Shown: positions 28,584 through 38,003, numbered from the whole stretch's first letter. The stretch is DNA of 63,985 nt, filler included, from an uncultured bacterium (GCA_964543115.1; 9 parts of 9 records of this genome joined end to end with filler, not necessarily neighbours in it), one strand, 5' to 3'. Notes: generated by a model from the letters alone, not told the origin. Numbers and translations are program-made.

Positions 28584-29288
28584 TTATACCTGTTCCTGCT
28601 CGATCACGATTTCTTCCGCGCCGATCTTCTCCAGTTCCTTGCGGTATTCTTTGGCTATTTTATCCACAAGATGTTCCTTGGCCACCTCCGTGGAAAGCTG
28701 AACCTTGGTTTTGGTGGTGACAAAAAACCTGGTCCTGGTCACATAGCCGGAGGCCTTAATGATCCAGCTGCCCTTTTCAATATCATATTCCAGCACTACA
28801 TCTTCTTCCAAACTGAGGCCATCGGCCAGCTGCAGAAAGGAAACGATATTTGTGTCTATTTTACCGTCAGCTTCAAAAAAATCAAAAATGATAAGAGCGC
28901 TTCTTACCGGCAGATCATGCTGCAGGCGCTTGAAATCCAATTCCCTGGTCAGCCTGCCCTCATCAGAGAGAAAACTAAACGCTAAATTATCCGGGGATTC
29001 GTAGGCCACAATGATACTGCCCACTTTTCTGTCCGCCAAATCTTTCGCGTATTTATCATAGACGGCGTCCAGGGCCGCGATAACATAGTCAAAAAACTGT
29101 ACATGCGCCAGCGAATAGGCATTACTCTCCTCTTTTAAAACATCTTTGCCGCCCGGCTGTCTTTCCAGGGTGAAATATCGCGGCGCGGCTGCCTTACTCT
29201 CTAAAACAATATCCCGGCCGGGACCCTCCCCGGCCAGTGCTAGAACAGGTAAAAACAGTAGACTAACGATAATAATTAAAGATTTCAT
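28584..29288 (-). CDS. Secreted hypothetical protein
   Basis: Signal peptide MKSLIIIVSLLFLPVLALA, RBS GGAGG, 234 aa. No family recognised. Confidence 0.7.
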   Translation of the reverse strand: MKSLIIIVSLLFLPVLALAGEGPGRDIVLESKAAAPRYFTLERQPGGKDVLKEESNAYSLAHVQFFDYVIAALDAVYDKYAKDLADRKVGSIIVAYESPDNLAFSFLSDEGRLTRELDFKRLQHDLPVRSALIIFDFFEADGKIDTNIVSFLQLADGLSLEEDVVLEYDIEKGSWIIKASGYVTRTRFFVTTKTKVQLSTEVAKEHLVDKIAKEYRKELEKIGAEEIVIEQEQV

Positions 29289-29425
29289 AATACCCCTCCC
29301 TGAACCACCGGCCCAGACAGCATAAGTGGTTTATGGCCAATGTTTTCTGCGTATAAAATCTCTTCTGGCACTTTTATTTTACACTATTTAGGGGAAAAGA
29401 TTAACTGAAATATTTAATTATTTGA

Positions 29426-29454
29426 TTGACAGAAATCACGGCCTATCATATAAT
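29426..29454 (+). promoter_or_regulatory. Consensus sigma70 promoter of csp
   Basis: Exact TTGACA-17 nt-TATAAT. Confidence 0.9.
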
Positions 29455-29503
29455 TACGTTTGAAATATGCAATTGGTGTATGTTTTGGGGAATAGCGATT
29501 TTA

Positions 29504-29546
29504 ACCGTAAGGTTATGAAATCCTAATGACCTTGCGGCTTTTTTTT
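29504..29546 (+). terminator. Terminator-like hairpin inside the csp 5' leader (possible attenuator)
   Basis: CCGTAAGGTTAT pairs with ATGACCTTGCGG (12 bp, 2 GU) and is followed by 8 T, between the promoter and the RBS. Confidence 0.65.
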
Positions 29547-29583
29547 ATGTTCCCCGCAGATTTACCAAAGGAGGTAAATGGTT

Positions 29584-29784
29584 ATGGCAAAAGGAAAAGT
29601 AAAATGGTTCAGCGATAAGAAAGGCTACGGCTTTATTACAGCTGATACCGGTGAGGACGTGTTTGTCCATCACAAAGCCATTCAGAGTGACGGGTTTAGA
29701 ACCCTTGCTGAAGGACAGGATGTAGAGTTTGACATCGAAGACGGTCCTAAAGGCAAACAGGCGACAAACGTAACAAAGTTATAA
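29584..29784 (+). CDS. cspA: Cold-shock protein (CspA family); start placed at 29584
   Basis: GKVKWF, KGYGFI (RNP1) and VFVHH (RNP2). RBS AAGGAGG at 29568-29574. Confidence 0.95.
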   Translation: MAKGKVKWFSDKKGYGFITADTGEDVFVHHKAIQSDGFRTLAEGQDVEFDIEDGPKGKQATNVTKL

Positions 29785-29821
29785 TTCTAGCTTTGTAAGT
29801 TAAATTCTCTGAAAATAACGG

Positions 29822-29867
29822 GAGCAAGGTCTTGGTGAAATTCACCAGCGGCCTTGCTCTTTTTTTT
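29822..29867 (+). terminator. Intrinsic terminator after csp
   Basis: GAGCAAGG..TGGTGAA-A-TTCACCA..CCTTGCTC followed by 8 T. Confidence 0.85.
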
Positions 29868-30046
29868 AGCACAGGATAGTCAGTGAAATACGTTGTTCAA
29901 ATTTTCTCCGACAACCAGCAAAAACACCGGCTGCGTTAAGCTAAGACGAAACAATCAGGCTGGCAAAAGGGAATTTTTATCTTTCTCAGTATCAGGGGAG
30001 GAAAACAACTAACGATTTGTTCGCGGATACAACATTTAGGTATCTT

Positions 30047-30460
30047 CTATTTTTTAAACCTGCTTTTTTTGTTTTTATTCCAAAACTTCTTTTGACCCTT
30101 TCCTTTCCTGTCATTCCTTTTCGAAAATCCCCGGTTAGCGGAAAAACGGCGGTTCTTTCCTTTCCCCTGCCTCCTGCCGCCGGAGCCAGAATGGACAAAA
30201 CGCTCAGGCTGGAATTCCGGATGTTCCAGAACAGGGATGGCCATCCGCATAAGCTTTTCAATATTCTTAACATCCCTGCCCTGCTCCGGCGTGGCCAGGG
30301 AAATAGCTTTGCCGACATGACCCGCGCGTCCGGTACGGCCTATCCGGTGCACGTAATTATCCGCGTCTTCAGGAATATCGTAATTTATTACCAGTGCTAT
30401 ACCGGTAACATCTATGCCGCGGGCGGCGATATCGGTTGCCGTCAATATCCTGTATTTGCC
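30047..30460 (-). CDS. DEAD-box RNA helicase, C-terminal fragment
   Basis: [10 protein letters not shown] (motif V), [10 protein letters not shown] (motif VI) and a basic tail. Cut by the contig end. Confidence 0.92.
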   Translation of the reverse strand, partial: GKYRILTATDIAARGIDVTGIALVINYDIPEDADNYVHRIGRTGRAGHVGKAISLATPEQGRDVKNIEKLMRMAIPVLEHPEFQPERFVHSGSGGRRQGKGKNRRFSANRGFSKRNDRKGKGQKKFWNKNKKSRFKK

Positions 30461-30575
30461 CANNNNNNNNNNNNNNNNNNNNNNNNNNNNNNNNNNNNNN
30501 NNNNNNTTAATTAATTAANNNNNNNNNNNNNNNNNNNNNNNNNNNNNNNNNNNNNNNNNNNNAACGAATACTATG

Positions 30576-30696
30576 AGCTTAGGTAACCCGGCTGCTCTTA
30601 ATAAAAGCCCTTTATCTAATATTAATAAGTAACTGAGCCCGTGGTTTTGCGCCCCAACCCGAAAACCTAACAGGATGAGTTGCCCTTTTCTAAGCC
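30576..30696 (-). ncRNA. Second c-di-GMP-I (GEMM-I) riboswitch, atypical periphery
   Basis: GGCTTAG-AAAAG-GGCAAC-TCATCC...GGGTTGG-GGCGCAAAACC-ACGGGCTC...GAGC-AG-CCGGGTT-AC-CTAAGCT. P1 is 7 bp, and the G20, C44/G83, A47 and C92 equivalents are in register. Confidence 0.85.
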
Positions 30697-30771
30697 GCCT
30701 AAATCCTTCTCTTGCATGAAATTAGAGAAGTTATTCGAGCGCTCTTTATCGGGCTTTATCTGTCTCAGTAC

Positions 30772-30800
30772 AATATACCCGACATTTTTCCCCCTGTCAA
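30772..30800 (-). promoter_or_regulatory. Sigma70 promoter for the second riboswitch leader
   Basis: TTGACA-17 nt-TATATT on the minus strand, about 70 nt upstream of the aptamer. Confidence 0.75.
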
Positions 30801-30842
30801 GGGGGTTTCGATATTTTTTTTAAAAGGGAAAAAATCAGACCT

Positions 30843-32723
30843 TTATTTCGTTAAATCCAGCATTTCCCTGCTTAGCTTTTTGTTAGCGCATCTGTCAGCG
30901 GCCGCCGCCAGATAATAACAGGCCCTATCCCTATCCTTTACCTCCCGCAGGTAAATCAATCCGATCTTATAATATGGCTGATACTCCCCGGGAGCTAATT
31001 TAATGACTTTTTTATAAAAACTTACCGCCCTGTCAGTATCCTTATAAATGAAATAATACATATCTCCCAACTCAAAATATATCCTGACCAAATCCAATTT
31101 TCTAGCAACCGCGCGCTGAAAAACGGCCAGGGCCGCTTCATGATCACCGAGATTAAGATAACACAGTCCGGCCGCCCGGTAGGCGTCCGGATAATCAGGT
31201 TCCTCAGTTAAAACCCCCAGAAAATGATCCAGTGCCCGCCGGTAATTTCATTTACTATATTCCAGTGTGCCCAACAAATACACTGCTTCCGAATCCCGCG
31301 GGGCCAAAGTAAGGGTCTGGCGGAACAATTCTTCCGCCTGCGCGTATTTCCCCTGCCCGCAATAATACTTACCTAATTCGCAATAAGCGTTGGCATCATG
31401 AAGATCCGTCATCTCACCGCTGTTTATATTGCTGACTCCAAGACCCAGGGCCAGTACCAGAAAAGCAAAAGCCAGTTTCAAATAATTCCCTGACCGAAAC
31501 CACAGGAAAAGAGAATAAATCCCCTGGGCGGCGAAAATAATCATTACCGGAACAACCGGCAGGCGGTAGCGGGAAACAACAAAAAAAGAAACCGCGAAAA
31601 TGCTCAAGATCAGCAGATAGTAGTAAAGGATGTTTTTCCCCCCTTTTAGCTTCGGCCCCAATACCAGGCCAAGCAGAAAAAACGGGAAGAGCAGCCCAAA
31701 GGGAAAGGCCAGAAATCTTTTCCAAAGCAGTAGAGCGAATAATGATGAATACTGGCGAAAGCTATATATATAGGTATTACGCATCAACTCATCGCCGTTA
31801 CAGAAAAGTAGCGCCTTTTTGCCTAACAGGGCCAGATACTGGGCTGGCCGGCCCTTAATAAACTCTACCGATTTCTTAAAGAAATAATTAGAATGTTCGT
31901 TGTAGCCCTTTATCCCCTCCCGCCGCGGCTGACCAACAAACCTGTTCCAGGCAAAACCCGGGCTGATACTCATGGTTTCCTCATAATCCGCGTTATTGCC
32001 CAAGTAAAAGTTACAGCCGGCATTATAGGAAAGCGGGATAAACTCCCGGCATTGGGAGTAATTATAAACGGTAACGGGAATAATGGGGATAATAATACAA
32101 GCCAGAAAGCCAAGGGAGACTCTCAGTCTCTTAAATCTGTGTTCCCGGAAGAGTTTAACCAAAAAAAACGGCACCAATAACAGAATACTTCCCCTGGTAA
32201 TTGCCGATAAACCAATCAGCAAACCAGCTAACAGCAATACCCCGGTCCGCCGGAAAAGAAGATACCGGACAAAACAAAGCAGAATCAGCAGGTTAAAGAA
32301 AATTTCCACTACCGGACTAAGCAGTTGATACTCGAAAAAAAGAAACGGCGCGTAAAAGGCCGCTATTATCCCGGCAATAACCGCTACAGTTCTATTTTCC
32401 AGATACTGCCTGGCCACCAAATAGATAAGCCCGCAATTTACCGCGCCCAGTAAAACCTGGATGAGCCGGACAACGTTAAAAAAATCCTCTTTAAAGAAAA
32501 AATAAATCAGGGTGAGAAAAAACTGGTAAAGCGGCGCCTGCCAGAAAGGCCCGGAAGGCAGACTGCCGGAATCCACCAGCTGACGGGCAAAATCCGTATA
32601 GGCCTTCTCATCCACCAGCGGCAGAGAGAAAAAAGGATTGCCCTGCATTTGCCAGAGAAAGACGAGGCGAACAACAAGCGCGAGGAAAAAAACAATTAAG
32701 AAAGGACTTTTTAATAATTTCAA
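30843..32723 (-). pseudogene. GT39/PMT-like membrane glycosyltransferase with C-terminal TPRs, interrupted by one in-frame TGA (31248-31250)
   Basis: PLVDE loop motif and many TM segments. The frame continues past TGA as NYRRALDHF...TPRs into the 30843-31097 ORF, giving 626 codons in total. Confidence 0.8.
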
Positions 32724-32728
32724 ATAAA

Positions 32729-34987
32729 CTACTCCCGCCAGTAAAGTATCTCCGCCGGTTTCATATAGCTAACCCAGACATCCTCCAGCACAGCTGTTTC
32801 ACTAAAATCTGTATCGCTGGTCTTAAAATCCGCGTGCCACTGGATACTGTTGCCTAGCTGGTGCAGGCTATCGCCACTGTCCGTAACAGTCCCGCCAATG
32901 ATCCTATCCGGATTACTGCCGATCTCCACCCAGCTGCCGCTATCCACACTGGCCTGCAGGGTCACCTTTTCGGAATTACCGTCGGCCGTGCCAGGCATTG
33001 TTACCGTTCCGGAAACATTGGCCCATTCCACCAGCTCAGTCAGAGAATAGGATTCTGAGCGGTAATACGGATAGTCGCTGGCCGTCGGGTGCTGATTGGG
33101 ATGAATATCCAGCATACCGCCGATAATCCGCAGATTATCCAATGTAAAGCCGGATTTACACGCGTAAACATGGGTCTGGCCAATACCCACACCATTCCAA
33201 TTAGCTGAAGCAGTCACACTGTATGTAATACTATTATTATCCGGAAAATAGGCGGTTACCGCGCAGGTATCATTAACACTATCGGCCCTGGTAACCACCG
33301 CCTGAAACATCTTATCCGCATAATAATCATCTGATCCCGTAGCATCTTCAATATTCCTATAGTAAGAATTAAGCGTAATATAAAGCCTGTTTTTTGCCGG
33401 CCAGTAACCGTCGTGCGGCGGACTGCTGTCCCAGCCGTTGGCTAGATGATAAGCGTCATTAGGATCCTGCCGGCCGATAAAAATATCATATTGGGCCCCT
33501 GATCCGCCACTGATTCCAACCGAGCGGAGAAAAAGATGACTGCCAATATCGTAATGTTTACGTGTATAGGCATCCGTAAGCGGCGACGGGTCATAGTGGA
33601 CACGGTCATCATGGGGAGCACTGGGATTATAATAAACATCGGGATTAAGATCACTTAGCTGCGCCCGGACCGAATGATACTGCCAGCGCCATTTCTTCTC
33701 CGGATCGTTCCAGATCCCCAACCCGGCAACCGGCCAGTTTTGGCCGCTGGCACTTAGGGTTCCTCCGGAAATAGAAAAATTTGGCCCGTTAATTACCTTC
33801 CAGAGACTCTGGCTGTAGGTTACATCTTCACTGAAATCATCCCAATACCCCATTTTAAGCGCGTCACTGATTGTTTCCGCACTTGTAGAGTCATAACTAT
33901 ACGCGGAATAGCATTGGTTAACGTTCAGGGGACAGCTGTCAAACCAGGTTATCCGGTCATGATCAGGATAAGCAGCTCCTCCGGCGTTTTCAAACTCCTC
34001 CTTACTCGTTATATTCCAGAGATCAAAAATCTTCACCAGCGCGGTTATTTCCTTACTGGCAACCACCTGATTGTTGCGTTGGACATTACCGGTAACCGTA
34101 ACCTCATATGTCCCGCCGGAATGAAAACACAATTCCGTGGACGCGGCAGTGCTGTCCCAGGTCGGTTTCATCCGGTTGGGGTTGCAGTTATCCTTTATTG
34201 CCTGCCGGTCAGCAGCACTGAAGGAAGTTAATTTATCGATCTCTTCGTCAAATTCCGCCCAGGAATCAAACTGCTGATCACCCGCGGCTAGGGCATTAGA
34301 AAGAGCGGTTCGCACCACATCCGCCTCTGCCGTATTAATACCGTCAATCGCCGCTAATAAACCCTCCACCAGATCATCTCCGCCGTTATTGGCCAGAACC
34401 GTATTGATATTTACCGCGCAGCGTTCTATCCCTGTAGTTTGACCCGCGTCATCCTGCACGTTGGGATCCTTATAACTGGACAATGTTATCAGCTCCGCAT
34501 TGTCTTGATAGGTATCACCGCCAACACCCGTAGCCAGACAGATACTGGAGGGCGTCTTAAAACTTCCGATTTTACTGCGTTCATCGATAATCGCCTTCGC
34601 CTTAGTCGCCCCGACACCATCCAGGGTGGTGGCCAATAACTCCTCACTGGCCTCATTAATATTTATCCGGCCGCCGGCATCTTTGACGGTCAGCTGAAAG
34701 GTACCCTCACCATCGAGTAGTTCCGCGGCCACTCCGGCAGGCTGACTGAGACTTAGGCCATTAAACACAAAATTGCTCCGGGCATCATCTTTGAGGGCGG
34801 CAATCGCGTATTGCATGGCCGCCTCGGCAACGTAACGAGCCTGCGTTTCATAGAGGAAATCGCGGCTGGTGCGTTCGGAAAGGCGCATAGTGGTGGCAAA
34901 GGTCACCCCCAGGATACTGACCAGAACAAGAATTGTCAGGGACATTAACAGCGCCACCCCCGACTCTGATTTTCTTTTTTTATTCAT
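32729..34987 (-). CDS. GspK/PilX-like minor pseudopilin with helix-hairpin-helix motifs and a large C-terminal beta domain
   Basis: ESG-VALLMSL class III signal, QARYVAEAA, RININEAS...GVGATKA HhH and a second AVNINT motif. Confidence 0.8.
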   Translation of the reverse strand: MNKKRKSESGVALLMSLTILVLVSILGVTFATTMRLSERTSRDFLYETQARYVAEAAMQYAIAALKDDARSNFVFNGLSLSQPAGVAAELLDGEGTFQLTVKDAGGRININEASEELLATTLDGVGATKAKAIIDERSKIGSFKTPSSICLATGVGGDTYQDNAELITLSSYKDPNVQDDAGQTTGIERCAVNINTVLANNGGDDLVEGLLAAIDGINTAEADVVRTALSNALAAGDQQFDSWAEFDEEIDKLTSFSAADRQAIKDNCNPNRMKPTWDSTAASTELCFHSGGTYEVTVTGNVQRNNQVVASKEITALVKIFDLWNITSKEEFENAGGAAYPDHDRITWFDSCPLNVNQCYSAYSYDSTSAETISDALKMGYWDDFSEDVTYSQSLWKVINGPNFSISGGTLSASGQNWPVAGLGIWNDPEKKWRWQYHSVRAQLSDLNPDVYYNPSAPHDDRVHYDPSPLTDAYTRKHYDIGSHLFLRSVGISGGSGAQYDIFIGRQDPNDAYHLANGWDSSPPHDGYWPAKNRLYITLNSYYRNIEDATGSDDYYADKMFQAVVTRADSVNDTCAVTAYFPDNNSITYSVTASANWNGVGIGQTHVYACKSGFTLDNLRIIGGMLDIHPNQHPTASDYPYYRSESYSLTELVEWANVSGTVTMPGTADGNSEKVTLQASVDSGSWVEIGSNPDRIIGGTVTDSGDSLHQLGNSIQWHADFKTSDTDFSETAVLEDVWVSYMKPAEILYWRE

Positions 34988-35050
34988 GGCAACCACCCCA
35001 AGCTTCGCTTGGGACTGCTATAGAGGAATGTCTATAGACTGCCCCAACTT

Positions 35051-35100
35051 GATTGCGGATTTCTGATTGCGGATTGCGGATTTAAAAAATCCATAATCCG
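35051..35100. repeat. Heptamer array GATTGCG ending in an inverted copy (hairpin)
   Basis: GATTGCG GATTTCT GATTGCG GATTGCG GATTTAA AAAATCC ATAATCC G. CGGATTGCGGATTT pairs with AAATCCATAATCCG. Confidence 0.8.
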
Positions 35101-35107
35101 TATAATA

Positions 35108-35770
35108 TTAGTTATTTTGATAATTCGGTAAATAAACCCAGGTGCTGAAACTTTTTTCCTGTTGCGGGTTCCCGCCCCGCTGGTATTGCCCGCGCACAGT
35201 TAGATTAATCTCTACTATATGCGGCAGTTCATCCTCCTTGGCCGCCGGCCAGGGACTCTGCCAGCCGTCTTCATCGAAATAGCGGAAACCTAAATCCGTA
35301 ATGTTTGAACTAAATGTTCTCCTTCCGGAATTCGCTGTATAATCAACTACACTATCGGGATAATCATAATCAGCTGCCGTTGATGTTACATAATGACGCG
35401 TAATTGTGTTGTCAGTTGTATTAAATATATATCCCAATTCACATAAATCCACGTCAGTAGAATTATCCACCGGCGCCATGAAATAAACAGCCGTCGCCGC
35501 ACCGATAAAAGGAATAATGGTGCTGCCGGCATTGCGCTGTACCATCGCGCCTTTTAATTCCCGGGTCAACTGACTCATCACCAGCTGCGCCCGGTCGGCA
35601 ATATTAAACAGATCCTTTCCCTGCCGGTAAGAGCGCAGGGTTACCGCCAGCACCACTGAGAGCATACTGATAATAATAGCGGTAATAAACAGGGCCAACA
35701 ACACTTCCACTAAGGTGAACCCTGTTTTTCTTCGCTTAGTATTGGGCAATATAGGTTGAAAAATCTTCAT
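35108..35770 (-). CDS. GspJ/PilW-like prepilin
   Basis: KTG-FTLVEVLLALFI N-methylation motif. Confidence 0.85.
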   Translation of the reverse strand: MKIFQPILPNTKRRKTGFTLVEVLLALFITAIIISMLSVVLAVTLRSYRQGKDLFNIADRAQLVMSQLTRELKGAMVQRNAGSTIIPFIGAATAVYFMAPVDNSTDVDLCELGYIFNTTDNTITRHYVTSTAADYDYPDSVVDYTANSGRRTFSSNITDLGFRYFDEDGWQSPWPAAKEDELPHIVEINLTVRGQYQRGGNPQQEKSFSTWVYLPNYQNN

Positions 35771-36116
35771 TGGCACCGTTCCCGTCGACATTTACGTCAA
35801 CCCGAAAAAGTTTATTGGCTATTACCGTCTGCGGTGCACTCACCGTCCTGGTGTAGTGAGCGTATTCTGAGACATAACTAGTGGGCACGGTTGGCGGGTT
35901 TGTTTCCATACCGGTATAGTAACCGGTATAGCAGTAATATTCCATGGTTAGTTGAGCGATCAGGCTGGCCTGGGTTAGGGCCACCGCCCGCCGCACTGAA
36001 TGTGTTCCCACGGCAAATAAACTAAACAATGCCGTCATACCCACACCCAAAACAACCAGGGCGAGCAGCACCTCTATCAGGGTAAAGGCAATATTTCTTA
36101 TCTTTGGCTTAGCCAT
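35736..36116 (-). CDS. GspI/PilV-like prepilin
   Basis: NIA-FTLIEVLLALVVLG. Confidence 0.85.
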   Translation of the reverse strand: MAKPKIRNIAFTLIEVLLALVVLGVGMTALFSLFAVGTHSVRRAVALTQASLIAQLTMEYYCYTGYYTGMETNPPTVPTSYVSEYAHYTRTVSAPQTVIANKLFRVDVNVDGNGANEDFSTYIAQY

Positions 36117-36651
36117 CTTGAATCTCACCTGCCGTCGACTCAGCTGGATAATTATGAATCGTCACATCAATATACTTGTTTGAACCATCATCCTGAATCT
36201 TTATTGTACCGCTATTATTACCACAACCGTTGGGATCAAAATAAAAATAATCCACTTGTACCAACGCACTGTTTTCCTCAGGAAATTTAAAATTACCCTG
36301 ATAGGGAATCACAGAGCTCAGAGTCAAATCAATACTCAAACCACCGTTTAGGATCGCGCACTCACCCACCGGCACAATATTACTGCCCTGCTCGGTATAG
36401 AGTTTATAGGCCCGGTCCTGATAAGTACCAGCCGTGGGAAAGGCCACATAACAGTTGGCACCGCTGGTCACGGCATAGCGCCGGGCGGCGGCAAGAATAT
36501 TGGTCAGGCTCTCGGCAGCGGTCTGCAGTTTAAGATTTCGCTGCAGCGGGCCGAAGGCGGGCAGAGCGATAGTGAGCACGATACCGATAATAAACAGTAC
36601 CGCCAGCAGTTCGATCAAACTGAATGCCTGCCGTCTCACCGATGTTTTCAT
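36109..36651 (-). CDS. GspH/FimT-like prepilin
   Basis: RQA-FSLIELLAVL...ARRYAV...YFDPNG pattern. Confidence 0.85.
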   Translation of the reverse strand: MKTSVRRQAFSLIELLAVLFIIGIVLTIALPAFGPLQRNLKLQTAAESLTNILAAARRYAVTSGANCYVAFPTAGTYQDRAYKLYTEQGSNIVPVGECAILNGGLSIDLTLSSVIPYQGNFKFPEENSALVQVDYFYFDPNGCGNNSGTIKIQDDGSNKYIDVTIHNYPAESTAGEIQDG

Positions 36652-36667
36652 AAGTAACACTCCCTAT

Positions 36668-37192
36668 TTAATCACCAAAGCTCGTTATATTATCATCCGT
36701 TGTGCCTTCCGTCCCATCCGGACCGAAGGAATAAATATAAAATGTACTTCTGTTAAGCGTATAATTAGGCGACCCTAAACTTCCCGGCGCCGTATAAACT
36801 CTATAACAATTACCCCAGGGATCAACCATCCGGTTATTAGTTATCTCTTCCTCCGGGTGTTTCATGTACGGCCCATAGGCTGTCCCATCCACATTGAACT
36901 GTGATAACAGATATTGATCAACGATAGTGCTGGTATCGTTAAGATCATCACTCCCGCTGGCCTGCGGATAAAAACCAATATCCGTCTTATACATTTCCAG
37001 CGCCATGCCGATCTTGGCCATCGCCGCTTCCGCGCCGGCGATTTTCGCCCGGTTGCGCCAGCTTTCATAGGCCGGAATCCCCACCCCGATCAGGATCAGG
37101 ATAATTGCCATCACCGCCAGCATCTCTAAAACAGTCACCCCTTTAAAAGAACAAATATTCACGTATTTTATTTTACCAGTTATTGATTTCAT
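36668..37192 (-). CDS. GspG-like pseudopilin (second copy)
   Basis: FKG-VTVLEMLAVM, ALEMYKTDIGFYP, DPWGN and SFGPDG. Start moved to ATG 37192. Confidence 0.85.
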   Translation of the reverse strand: MKSITGKIKYVNICSFKGVTVLEMLAVMAIILILIGVGIPAYESWRNRAKIAGAEAAMAKIGMALEMYKTDIGFYPQASGSDDLNDTSTIVDQYLLSQFNVDGTAYGPYMKHPEEEITNNRMVDPWGNCYRVYTAPGSLGSPNYTLNRSTFYIYSFGPDGTEGTTDDNITSFGD

Positions 37193-37556
37193 CTTGTTTG
37201 TCCTGAACCCAAAGATCAAAACTTGCCGTATTATTTGATCCCGGTTCCTGATACTGATAAGCATTGTCCCAGGGATCAATAAAATCAGGCGCTGTATAAT
37301 CTTTTTGATCCATATAGGGCCCAAAATTTCCGGATGCCGGTGTAATCAACCTGCTTAAGGCATTCGGATATGAGCCAATATCCGTATAATACATGTTAAT
37401 GGCCACCTCCAACGCGCCAATCATTGCCTGGGCCTTCTGCTCCCGGGCCGCTTCCCGCGCCATACGCAGGGCCGGAGAAAGAAATCCCAATAAAATAGCA
37501 ATTATGGTTACAACAACCATTAATTCCATTAAGGTAAAGGCCCGTTTATTTTTCAT
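37173..37556 (-). CDS. gspG: GspG-like major pseudopilin
   Basis: KRA-FTLMELMVV, MYYTDIGSYP and DPWDNAYQY..PG...FDLW. Confidence 0.85.
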   Translation of the reverse strand: MKNKRAFTLMELMVVVTIIAILLGFLSPALRMAREAAREQKAQAMIGALEVAINMYYTDIGSYPNALSRLITPASGNFGPYMDQKDYTAPDFIDPWDNAYQYQEPGSNNTASFDLWVQDKQDEINNW

Positions 37557-37630
37557 ATAATATTGCCTCATAACTACTTATAGATACTATAATTACAACA
37601 TTACATTAGTAAAATAAACCTTTTCATTAT

Positions 37631-37659
37631 AATATAGCATGGGAATACAACTTTGTCAA
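37631..37659 (-). promoter_or_regulatory. Sigma70 promoter of the pseudopilin operon
   Basis: TTGACA-17 nt-TATATT with a TG extended -10. Confidence 0.75.
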
Positions 37660-37716
37660 GGTTGGATAAATTCTTTTCAGTTTTACGAGAAATGAGCGAA
37701 ATGAAAAACGAAAGAA

Positions 37717-37743
37717 GGAACGTCTTTAAAGACGTCCCCTATT
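37717..37743 (-). repeat. REP-like palindrome
   Basis: Perfect 16-bp palindrome ACGTCTTTAAAGACGT (37720-37735). The minus strand starts TAGGGGACG, like the element at 1036-1061. Confidence 0.5.
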
Positions 37744-37804
37744 TCAGCCTAGTTGCATACATGCCTTTTATTTCCAGAATTTTCTAACCTGAGTGCTCTA
37801 ATTA

Positions 37805-37859
37805 TTGACAAAAACAACATGAAATGTTACGATGTTTTTCGTTACGATATTTTTCGTAA
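37805..37859 (+). promoter_or_regulatory. Sigma70 promoter with a repeated operator
   Basis: TTGACA-17 nt-TACGAT, 15-nt direct repeat GTTACGATRTTTTTC x2 (37826-37855), and palindrome TTACGA-N6-TCGTAA (37842-37859). Confidence 0.7.
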
Positions 37860-37880
37860 TATAAATTCAGGAGGCTGATT

Positions 37881-37903
37881 ATGAATCCTTTCAAATTTGG
37901 CAA
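37881..37903 (+). CDS. First codons of a gene (MNPFKFG...), possibly an archaeal-type AAA ATPase; cut by contig end
   Basis: RBS AGGAGG and a promoter upstream. The product is guessed only from the MNPF..G start. Confidence 0.4.
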
Positions 37904-38003
37904 NNNNNNNNNNNNNNNNNNNNNNNNNNNNNNNNNNNNNNNNNNNNTTAATTAATTAANNNNNNNNNNNNNNNNNNNNNNNNNNNNNNNNNNNNNNNNN
38001 NNN

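Noticed and set aside
29366..29381. TGGCAC as a sigma54 promoter
   Set aside because: The -12 GC is missing (TTTTA instead of TTGC).
29584..30460. csp and DEAD-box helicase as a cold-shock operon
   Set aside because: They are convergent and separated by a terminator, so they are not co-transcribed.
31248..31250. Recoded TGA (genetic code 25 or selenocysteine)
   Set aside because: TGA ends clear genes here (desulforedoxin, mnmA, bshB1), the other internal stop is TAA, the position is a TPR Gly rather than a Cys, and I see no convincing SECIS hairpin.
30576..32723. Second riboswitch as a regulator of the pilin operon
   Set aside because: It lies downstream of the operon, has its own promoter and points off the contig.
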